DNA of 64,000 nt from Dicyema japonicum. Its lineage: Eukaryota > Animalia > Dicyemida. Of the stretch, positions 53,431 through 64,000 are shown in pieces (the first letter of the stretch is position 1; every line of letters begins with the position of its first letter). Below the pieces are notes generated by a model. The model worked only from the letters and a program-made list of their open reading frames with translations, was not told the DNA's origin and ran no database searches. Location: the NCBI GenBank assembly GCA_011109175.1, contig RDEW01000005.1:966903-1030902 (forward strand), read 5' to 3'. A program made the position numbers and the translations under genes.

Positions 53431-54061
53431 ACGAAAGAATTCAATTCTTCGCTATCTGAAAACCCGTCAGTGATCCAGGATTTTTTCTTCCAGATAGAAA
53501 AAGACAACTTCTCCCAGAACTATTAACGACCTTAAATTAAAATCCGACCTTTTGAATAGGGCTGACATAAAAACATTAAAACAACAGGAATTCCAACACT
53601 AACACGGATTAACCTAACAGAGTCAAGTGGAGAAATTCTTCAGATTCTATAATAATCGCAAAGGTTCTTGGCGGATTTAAAAATAAACGATATAATCGAA
53701 AAGATTGAGGCAAGAGAAAATGGTCGGAATGTAAATGATGAATCCCCCATAAAACTGTTGAGAGAATTACTTTCTTTGCTTGGAATGAATTAACTACTAC
53801 AACTATTAGAACTTGTTTTCGGCATTCACAGTGGATAAAGATCCAGAAATTGACACAGTGTCTAAGAACTATGATGATAATTATGAAGAAATAATTAAAA
53901 ATTTTGAAATTAATGATCCAATTCTTTTGGCAAACTTCTTGATTATTGCTGTACTGAAAATGTAGATCTACAGTAATCCCCCATTAGTCAGAACTTCAAT
54001 AATCTGAATTTTTTGATGAGTCAGCAAAATTTTACGAGGATTCAATACAAACAGGCTCTTA

Positions 54062-54274
54062 AAAACCGAGAAAGAAATTAAAGTAAACAACTAATTAAAT
54101 GTATCCAGTTTCCACTTCTACTGAAACAAAGTCCATCCGAAATCAACATAAAGGGTAAAAGACGTCCATACTTGCAGTTGTGGAAACCCCTCCAGTGGAG
54201 TGGGGGAGAGCAAATGATCCTTTTTCGTGCCAGCCAGGCACTGGGAACCACTTAGACAGGTTGATCACTCTAAT
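54062..54274 (-). mobile_element. SINE copy E (reverse-strand homolog of copy C)
   Basis: The reverse complement aligns over about 210 nt with 25188-25410. Confidence 0.85.
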
Positions 54275-54379
54275 ACACTTTCAGAAATTCTTCAAAATCG
54301 TGAAAAATAAAAAAACTGTGAAACTATGATAAACAAGTCAAGACAGTGGTGAAGATCATCATCAACTTGATTTAATGGA

Positions 54380-54540
54380 TTTCAAGGATGGATGCAATCA
54401 ATGGTTTTATTACTGAAGATATCATCATTTCAAAAGCCAAAGTATTTAGTAAAAACTTGGAGTCAATGATCTTGAATTTAGTAAAGACTACACAGATTTA
54501 AAGGAAGATTTAATCTTAAACTAAAAGTTCCATCACTATG
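54380..54540 (+). mobile_element. pogo/Tigger-like transposase relic (CENP-B-type HTH)
   Basis: ITEDIIISKAKVFSKNLG..FSK..RFKGRFNLK pattern. Confidence 0.45.
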
Positions 54541-55968
54541 GTATCTCACGCATGGAATAAAGTAAAAAAAAGGCACAATAAAAATTGTTTCAATTGGATT
54601 AACGAGAAGATCTCATATCAGACAGTATTGACAATTTGATTATCCTTAGTGGTCCAAGTTAAACACACTAGGACCCTGTCCCAGTGGGGTGACTACCTTA
54701 CCTCATCGGACATCTCTCCTTATGTTTTTTCTCTTCCGACTGTCATCTCTTGGGACGCTATATGACTTACGTACCAACCATAACCCAATCATCCTAAGAA
54801 TTCAACGAAGACTTAAGTTAATTCATAAACAAAAAATTATCATCAACTTTTCATGAGCAGTCTAGCACGCCTTCACGTACTTCATTGAACAACACCTTTA
54901 CAGTTTCCGGATAGATGATTTCCGTTTGTTTGACATAGCTGTCAGGGACTTGATGAAATAATTAAAAAATCATATAAAACATTTAAGACACAGCACACAA
55001 AGGTGAGTGAATAACAGTGTAAAAGCACCTCTTCTATTGAAATATGGAAATCTATAAGGAAGTTCAAGAAGTGATCTTCACATTTAAACCTACAACATGT
55101 CCCAGCCCCAAATCCCAATGACCTTATCAAGTGCTACGTGAAAATTAGCCATGAACCCTATTTAAAGATCAGGATATTCACCGTGAATAATAATTAAACG
55201 CGCCAGAATAATTCTCATTACATTCGTCGTCAGGAAAATTAATAATTAATCCTCCCGATTCATGAGCATAAACACGTATGACAATTCGCGACGGAAATAT
55301 ATTTATTTTATTGATAAACGGAAAGAAGATCGTAATGAAAAAAATCTTTGATTCAATCTTACAATTCTCGGATTTGCAACCAAAATAATATGACAACCAA
55401 ACCCACACGAAAAGACTACAGAAACTAATTTTTTCGTCACGAGAACCCGTCTGCTAATTATAGGAATCGGGATCACATAACCGTTTGACTTTATTTTGTC
55501 TTTCTCCGTGACCCAGAGCTTCTAAATAAATGAACCGAAAAATTCATCTTGTGTATACTTTTTACTAATGATCAATTTTTTAATATCCTCGGATATATCT
55601 AAAACAGGTTTTATTCAATTGGAGTGTGACGTATCCTTTCCGAGCATCACGTCAATCCATATCCGGATTTGTGGAAACCTTCGAGTGGGGAAGAGTGGAC
55701 CATTTTTAGATGCCGTCCAGTCACTGAGCGTCTCTTGAATTAAATGCATCCAATGAAGCATCTTAAGAATTGAAGGCAAAAAACAGAAAGGAAACCCTTC
55801 GACTAAATAAGTAGCGGTGCGAAATTCGAACGGATAGCTTAATCGACAGAGGACTGCCAACTAGTTACCCTAAAATGCAAAACTTAATACTAAAACATTA
55901 ATTAAAAATTAAGTTAAAAATCAAATAATTATTTTAGTGGTTCAATAAATTTAAATTTGATTTAGTCA

Positions 55969-57330
55969 ATGGAGAGACGTGTGAAGGATAGGCCCGTACA
56001 GTTTCAACTTGAAGAAAACGGAGAATGGTACTGTATCGGATCAGATGTAAAGACAACTAATTTAAAAATAGGTTGGGCACTACTTAAAGTTGGCTAGAGG
56101 AGCCTTATATAAAAAATTTCCTCTTCTCTGGCGAAGGTTCCTGACTCCTCAAGAGAAGCAAGCCGTGTATTTACGACGTTTTAATTATTTTAATTTAAAG
56201 AACTCATAACCACCATGGCCTGTTCGAATATAACTTTGGTGAAGGCTTCAGAGATTGAGGCTATTTTTAATGGGAATGAAGATTCGCTTCGATGTGCTCA
56301 AACTGAACAACCAGCAGAAGATGTGGTTCAGAAGTAAACACGCAAATTTATTTAAGTAATCCATTGACCAAAACTCGGAGAACAACTATAAACAGTTTAA
56401 ATAGTGGAACCTATGGAAATGCTGGAATAACTTTATCAACAAATCAGCACTTGGCTCCAATACCCACGTGTACGAGCATAAACCCGAACAGAGTTGTCGG
56501 GAGAAATAAAATGCGCACTTTCCCTCTTTGGTTTGTCATTTCAATTGAAAAAAGTATTGACGACATGGACACTGAGGCTTACTACGCGAATTTCTCAGAA
56601 AACGACGATCTCGTGCCTATTCGGATCGATTTGGAGCTCGAAGGTCAGAAGCTTAGGGACGTCTTTCTTTGGAACAAAAATGGTTTGATATTGGGAGATT
56701 GATTTTAAGAGAGATTGGTCACCCCTGAAATATTTTCTGAGCTTCTTTGCGATGAATTAGGGCTTAATCCTTCTGTTTTTATTCCAGCTGTCGTTCGTTG
56801 TATAAATCAACAAATTCTCGAACATCAGTCATTTGAATTCACCGAGTCAGCCCCAGAACAGAGAGTAATGATAAAAGTTTAATGGCCAGGATAGTTTTAG
56901 ATTAATATTCAATTGAATAACATTTCCCTTATTGACCAGTTCGAGTGGGATCTCTCTTGCAAAGATAACGACCCTGAACTGTTCGCTCGTACTCTCTGTG
57001 CCGATTTGGGTTAGGTCGTTTTTTTATTTCGGGGATTGGCGGTGATTTTCCTTCTTTGGTTGCCTATTCAATTCGTGGACAGTTGGCTCACCACAGAAAA
57101 TTTGCATTATAGTTATTATTTTTTGATTATTTTAGCGGTGACTCTACTCTTCCTCCAGTTGAGAATACCCCGTTTAGGGCTCCTGGAGAATCTGAGAAAT
57201 GGGGACCGTCGTTGGAAATGTTGAGTGAATCTGAAATTGAGAAAAAAATAAGAGATTTGGACCGATCAACCAGGTTATTGTAAAACCAATATTTTATAGA
57301 CGTATAAGGAGAGTTGCTTCTGGGTGGTAG
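55969..57330 (+). CDS. SMARCB1: SWI/SNF core subunit SNF5/INI1, 10 exons
   Basis: [40 protein letters not shown] (winged helix), [61 protein letters not shown]. Nine 23-27 nt introns. Confidence 0.96.
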
Positions 57331-59799
57331 TTAGTCTTGTTTGTATTAATTTTAAACAGTTTTGTTTTAAAAATGCGTTTTTGTTAATATAATTCAAACT
57401 ACTGATCACTGTCAACATAATGGATGCAAGACTACTCAGCCCGCTGCCTTTGGCTCTCCACTAACAAAGGGAGAGTAATACCTACTCTAGAAGATAGATC
57501 ACGTTCCTCAAATCTTTATCAGTAAATGGGGATACCTCCAAAAATATATAAGACTGGGTGTCTACGAATGCGATCCGAAGATTTGGACTGAACAAGTATC
57601 TTGGTCGCCATCCACCGGGCATCGATGTCAGTGAATCTTCTTTTATTCGGGATATTCGAGTAAACCTGGCGTGCCTTTGCTTCGGTCACGACATGGGTCT
57701 CAACGCCTACCCATACAAGACCGGCAGGCAAAGTCGTTACTCTGCCCTTTAGATCACCTTTTCTCGTGCCCTGATCTACCTATTGTGTCTCACCCGTATG
57801 GCAATAACTTTTTGTCACAATATCACAGTCTCGTTAGTGGGTCTCCAAATTCAAAAAATTGATCTTAAAGCAAAGCAATTGACTTGTTTGACTTTCTCTT
57901 GAATTGGGATGTAACCGATTTCTCAGGGCTAATTGTCAGTCGGTTCTCGTTTGGCTGAAAAAGTAAAGGGTTCAGGTGATGTTGTATTCTCTCCGTAGCA
58001 GCCTAGACGACTTGATCCTGTCGTGCTAAAACGATGTCGTCTTCATAAGCCAAAAGAAGATCGTTTTCCCTTCTTGGTATCGGAATGTCGGCCAAGAATA
58101 AGTTGAAAGTAGTGGATCTACTTATAAACTCTGGGGTACCCCATTAAGAAATAGCAGAGATTGATCGAATGTTCCTAAGGAAAATTCGTCCCCTCTTGCC
58201 GCTAAGAAAGTTAGCAAGGTTACTTCTTTTCCTCCAACAAACCCAAACTGAAGTTGGAAGTACTATCAAAAAGTAAGGCCAAGTTATTCCTCCCGCCTTG
58301 AAGTTATACTGAAAGTTATATTCAAAAATTGCATTGCGGTCTTAACACAGATCTATAATACATCGAACTCGTAATCCTGACCATCTGGAAGCTGGCGGGA
58401 TCAAAACTCCTTAGAATGCTCGATTAGCATGCTCAGTCCCAAAGACAAGATTAAACAGTGTGTCTTGACTGACTCAAGCATACCAAACAAAATCATGAAG
58501 TGCCGTTTTTTTTATTTTTCAATATCATTCATAAGTTCCTTGATTTTATTCAATTTCATTGATGTGTAGCTTTTAGTATCGAAAACTAATGGGATTAATA
58601 CACAAATATGTATTCTCCAATAAAAATCGTTGATGATTTTAAAGTTTCTGCAATAAATTGCATATCTACTCAATATAAGCAAGATGTTCTACTCTGTATC
58701 AGAATAATTACTTAAAATCTCCCAAGCTAAGATCCTTTGGAGCGCTGTCGGTTCCACGAACGTCTCGGAATTGCCATCGTGGTATTTATTTTAAAACACC
58801 AAGAGCACCAAGAAAGAAAAGTTAACTCACTAATTAGGTGATCCCAGCCTCCAACATCTCGTGAATTCTCCCCGAGTGTTCCGCCAGCTTCCACGGTAAT
58901 GGTAACTGTTTCTTATTAGCTGGTGTCTGATTTTTGTCATAATGATTGACTTTATTAGTTTTGTTTATTTAAAAAAAATAATTTTTTGTTTAAAAAAACT
59001 TTTGAAGATAACTTCTCGAGCAATGACTGGGTCAGCTAATGAGGTCTTCAAGGTTTTCACCTTCTATATTCAACCTATTTGTACATTATACACTAAGACC
59101 TACTAACGAAAACTTAGTCCTGTTATCATATGCGGATGATGTTGTCGTCTTCGCTTAAAATAAGACATTTTGACTCCATGGTTAGTTCAAATACTGCTTA
59201 AAGTTCCCTCAATAACCTATGCAATCTTCCGTTCTTTTCTGGACAAGTTGCCCACAATCAAGGAAGCTGCTAACATTTTTGGTCCTGATTCCGAGTCTAT
59301 GACTCTTGAACCACAACAACGGAAAATCATGAGGGTGGGCAACATATTTAGCAGGCCTTTTACGACATCATTATCAAATAAATCAAGAAACAGCCGAGAT
59401 AGAGAAGACTTTAAAGCGTTATTGAGAACCCTTGCCTATCCCCGCTGGTTTCATATCTCCCTTGTCGGTCTGGGATCACTTAGTAAACTTGAGACACTCA
59501 TTTCTCTTTTTTACCATTTGATCTTGAGGCAACAAATGAAGAGCAATAATTAACGTTTATTAAGTTCTGTTGTCTCCCACGATGAGAATCGAGATCAACT
59601 TGAGGAGCCACTGTGTTTCGCAGACATCGAGACATCGTGGCTTCGAGTGTGACCAGGCATCGTTTTGTGGAAAGACTCTCTACTTATCGCTACAATTGTC
59701 TCGACATCAATTACACAGAATTTGAATTGGTCCTTTATTTTATTTAATTGATATTATTCTGGATGTAAAATTTATGCATAATTTGTAAAATCTTCGTAC

Positions 59800-61020
59800 G
59801 TGTTATCGCGCCTAATGGAGAAACTCGTACTCTGGAAAATTAAACCCCATTTGCCCGACTGCCACTTTCAACATGGTTTCAAATGTAAGCGTTCAACTAC
59901 GACACATTTGACTTCACTGTCTCAATTTATATCAGAAGGGTTCAACGCACCGAAACGCCATCTACGGACAATAGTGATTTCCCTGGATATCCAGAAGGCG
60001 TTTGATTCTGTCTCGAGAACATTACTCACAAAGAAGGTTTTTGACACCACCATTCAAACGGATTTGAAAAGATGGATAGTCAATTTTTTTTCCGGAAAAA
60101 GAGGACGTGTCTGTATAGGCCATGCAAGATCGAGGTCCCATCTCCTACCAAATGGCGTCCCTCAAGGATCGCCCCTCTCTCCGGCGTTATTCAACTTATT
60201 CCTCAACGATTTACCCTGCCCTGGAAGACCAGATTCAATGCTTCTCACTTATGCTGACGACCTAATCATCGCTAGCAGGAACAAATACGTGAGTACAGCA
60301 AAATCAGAGCTTCAATCACATATTGACGACCTGGGAGCCTGGTTGAAGTTGAATCGTCTCTCCATATTCAGGCATAAATCAACGTATACAATCTTCACCA
60401 CGGACAGAAAAGAAAAACATACACTGGATTTGAATATTTATGAAGACTCCTTACCATTACAGATTCGTCCAACTATCCTGGGAGTGACATTTGACCCTTT
60501 GATGACATTTTCTCAACATGTGAAGAACGCTATGACAAAGGGTCTCAGGAAACTTAATATAATTAAACCGCTCTTGAAGTCCAGGCCGTCACAGGAATGC
60601 GCCCTCGTCGTGTTCAATAAACTCCTAAAACCGACGATTGAGTATGCTTGTGCCTCATGCGCCTATGGAGTTTAGATATCAAATTCACTCAAGATCAATT
60701 CCCTAATTGGCAAACTAGCACGTCTAACGAATCTATCCCCCGATTTTTCCCCCAACGTTTGACCATGCCGCAATCAAAAATAATGGCTCCGGCTTCATCG
60801 GTCTGTGTGGCCAAGAAACAAGTCGTTCTTCCATTCAAGGCTAGTGGCCTCTTTAAACTCTAATGAAAGATGATCGTCGTCTATTCAGGAAAGCCGTGGG
60901 TACTCTGGAGGAACACAGGAAAAACCTCTCGATCCTGTTGAGGTGTACCGGGATCACTTAATTAGTTGGTTTACTCCTTCTTTCATGGTGTTCCCTTTTC
61001 GGGTTATTAAATAAATAATA
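59800..61020 (+). mobile_element. 5'-truncated LINE: open RT core plus 3' tail
   Basis: 291-aa ORF with FQHGF, LDIQKAFD, GVPQGSPLSP, YADD and ILGVTFD; tail GGATCACTTAATTAG...GGGTTATTAAATAAATAA. Confidence 0.9.
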
Positions 61021-61672
61021 AATTATGTGAAACTTGGTGTTAATCTTTCCAAGAGGACTCTTGAGAGTATGTTAGTGGATCAATAAATGGAGTGAATTTT
61101 CGAGAGAGTGATGTTGGTAAAGTTATCCACTACCTACAATGAAAGTATTATGAACTAGAAGAGGAAGATCTGGACTCGCCCATTGAACCACAACGTTGAG
61201 TAAACAGCAGCTGGACAATGATGAAGATGAGTGCGTAGTGAAGGAGCCGTGTAGTAGCTCCAAGTGAGGGAGGTTGGAGGATAAGAGGATATAATTACTT
61301 AATTAGACATCTTGATTATTTCTGTCGTAATTGACTTATATGAATCTTCATTCTATTCGTTCTCCAATGATGGGAATATAAAAATATTAAGGCGCCATTC
61401 AAAATTTAGAAAATCTTTGATTAAAGATCAATCCTATTAATTGAAGGATAATGGATAAGACATTTTAAAATATAAGGACCCACAGACACGGGGGTGCGCA
61501 CTAATTTAGGAAACTAAAAAATAATCGGCCTCAATTTTAATTAATTATTTATTTAATCAAAAAAAGTCTTACAAACAAAACTTCAAATTAAAATACTTAC
61601 AAATAAAAATTAAATTTATCTCACTTTTCTAATCAAATAAAATTATTTATTCTTGATAATTGGCGGTTAATC

Positions 61673-62791
61673 ATGACACTTCCTAGTGAGCAAGAGGAAT
61701 TTTCTGATGATCAGGAACCACTATTAGTCTCCAACCCGCGGAGATTTGTTTTGTTTCCAATAGAATATCCGGATATTTTCACGATGTATAAACAGGCTCT
61801 TGCTTCTATCTGGACCGTGGAAGAAGTTGATCTATCCAAGGATATAAAACACTGGAATATACTCAACTCTGATGAAAAGAGATTTATTTCTCACGTTTTA
61901 GCATTCTTTGCTGCCTCAGATGGAATTGTTAACGAGAATCTAGTAGAATTTACATAAAATTAATCAAAGGTTCAGAGATTTTCCGTGGAAGTACAAGTTT
62001 CTGAAGCACGGAGTTTTTATGGCTTACAAATCGCTGTAGAAAATATTCATTCCGAGATGTACTCGCTTCTTATTGACACGTATATCTCTGACTTCCAGGA
62101 AAAGTTGTCACTGTTATGACATTAATAGGGACAAGATGTTTTCCGCCATTGAAACGATGCCTTTTGTTAAAAAGAAAGCGGATTGGGCTATAAGGTGGAT
62201 CGAAAGCACTGAGAGTCATTTCTCTGAGCGTCTTGTTGCCTTTGCTGCTGTCGAGGGGATATTTTTTTCTGGTTCATTCGCTTCAATTTTTTGGCTTAAA
62301 AAACGGGGAGTTATGCCTGGATTGACCTACAGTAATGAACTTATTAGTCGAGATGAGGTATTCCAGTTCTAATTGCCTCTTAGGGACTGCACACTGATTT
62401 TGCATGCCTTCTTTATCACCATCTTAAGAAAAAACTCCCACGTGATCGAATCCTTCAAATTATAACGGAAGCCGTTGTTTTGGAGAAAGAATTCCTCACA
62501 GAAGCTCTTCCAGTAGCATTAATCGGAATGAACGTCAACCTGATGTCTCAGTATATCGAGTTTGTTGCTGATCGACTCATTATCGAGTTGGGGTATGATA
62601 AGGTTGTTTTATTAGTTTGATATGATTAGCACTACTACGCCCAAAACCCATTCGATTTCATGGAAAATATCTCACTTTCTGGAAAAACTAACTTTTTTGA
62701 GAAAAGAGTCGGGGAATATCAGAGAATGGGGGTAATGGGGAAAGCTGTCGAGTCTGATTCCCATATATTTACCACCGATGTCGACTTTTAG
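61673..62791 (+). CDS. RRM2: Ribonucleotide reductase small subunit, 5 exons
   Basis: [70 protein letters not shown]. Four 25-27 nt introns. Confidence 0.97.
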
Positions 62792-63529
62792 TTAGTTATA
62801 TGGTTTCCTGATTTCCTATATGCTTTTTGGTTATTTTTTCTCGTTTATTTATTATCATTAACTATTCACTATAATATATCTTGGGCCTCGAGTAGTTCGC
62901 ACAAGTTCTAACAGGTCTCAGTCCTGAGACTGATTTAATTTATTAACCACGGAACCACAAAAGATAAGAGTATCTCAAAATGATCCCATACCAAGCGTTT
63001 TTTTGTGGTTGGTTCCATAATCCTGGGCTAATCTCCACAAAGGGGAAGGTTTCTTTTTGTATCCTGGGCAGGCTTTCAGATATAATTTGTCTACCACCCC
63101 CAAGGGATGTTCAGTAGACTAGACTGTTTTGAGGAAGCCTAAGCGGAGTTCCGTGAGCTTCCAAGACTTAGTTATCTGATGTTCTATTAAACACGCATTA
63201 GAAGACTAGGGTGACTTATTTTGACTTTTTATTCTCTAAACAGAACTGTAAATGAATTTCCCTTACAATTTGTAAAAAATGCACTTAAAAAGACAAATCC
63301 CTTCTCTCGCATATCCCCCTTCCACCTCACGATAAGCGATCCAATACAGTTTAACACTACTTCCATTGACTCTCGACGTTCATAAATGAACTGTCCACCG
63401 AGACTTTGTATTTTTTGAGAATCTCTGTTGTGAAATAAGCTCCTCTATGTCTAGAATCAGTAAGAAAATGTTGAAAAAGCCTAATAACTTATTATTTCAT
63501 TAAAAACACAAATTTATTCTTTTATTTAA

Positions 63530-64000
63530 AACTGCCATCCATCCAAAGTGGACCCCGCCGACATTATTGACGTTGAGTTGCCTCTCACGATTGCAACAGA
63601 GATCAACTGGAGTAGCTACCGGGTCTCACGTGGGTCGTGGCTTTTTAGTGTAGCTAAGCGTCCAAGTTTCTTTTGGAAGCGAAGCGATTTTCCACTTATT
63701 CCTCCAGTTGTCTTGACCACTATCGGATGAAACGCGAATCGGTCGCGTAGCGCTTCGTATTTCTTCTCCTTTGCCCTTATCGTTTTTTCCGCGGAATACA
63801 GTGTGTCTACCGCGCTCCCGACAATGTTGACGGGCAAAGCGTGTCGATGCAAGTAGCGTCCCAGACGAAAGGTTTCCTCTTTTCGAATGGGAAAATTGTG
63901 ATATCGTCGGGACGTTTTACGTCTCCTCTGTCCAGCCAACAGGTTCTAGTATGGCTGGGTATCCCGCAGACTCCAGGGTTCGCTTGACAATTCCGTTGAT
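63530..64000 (-). mobile_element. CRE-clade RLE 3' end (runs off the window)
   Basis: ILEPVGW, AKEKKYEALRDRFAFHPIVVKTTG, VAIVRGNS. Confidence 0.8.

Noticed and set aside
1-64000. CRISPR arrays, operons, rRNA or prokaryotic defence systems
   Set aside because: The sequence is intron-rich eukaryotic DNA, with no regularly spaced repeat-spacer array or rRNA-like segment seen.

Overview
AT-rich eukaryotic nuclear DNA in the standard genetic code. It is almost certainly from an animal, because SNF5/SMARCB1 carries the metazoan-type N-terminal winged-helix domain. Seven host genes could be reconstructed by hand: YIPF1/2-like, a typical 2-Cys peroxiredoxin, a nucleoporin-like protein with Trp repeats and a Ran-binding-domain-like C-terminus, GTPBP3/MnmE, IQGAP, SMARCB1 and RRM2. 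Together they contain about 60 ultra-short GT-AG introns (about 20-29 nt) with almost no signal beyond the terminal dinucleotides. This resembles what is reported for dicyemid mesozoans, but the taxon is an inference. Intergenic space is packed with decayed non-LTR retrotransposons (APE-RT LINEs with 2A-like peptides, RTE, CRE/RLE), a few DNA-transposon relics and two tRNA-derived SINE groups. Most notable: (1) a SINE group whose body folds into a covarying pseudoknot with HDV-ribozyme-like topology but without the canonical HDV core; (2) the only long intron (65 nt) holds a hairpin that reduces its effective length to 26 nt, suggesting length-ruler splicing; (3) a Trp-repeat/RanBD nucleoporin-like protein; (4) an intron-containing antisense peroxiredoxin fragment captured in a SINE hairpin loop; (5) an apparent GT-GG intron in SMARCB1. 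Several single-base deficits suggest assembly errors, so fine details need RNA data. Transposon boundaries are approximate.
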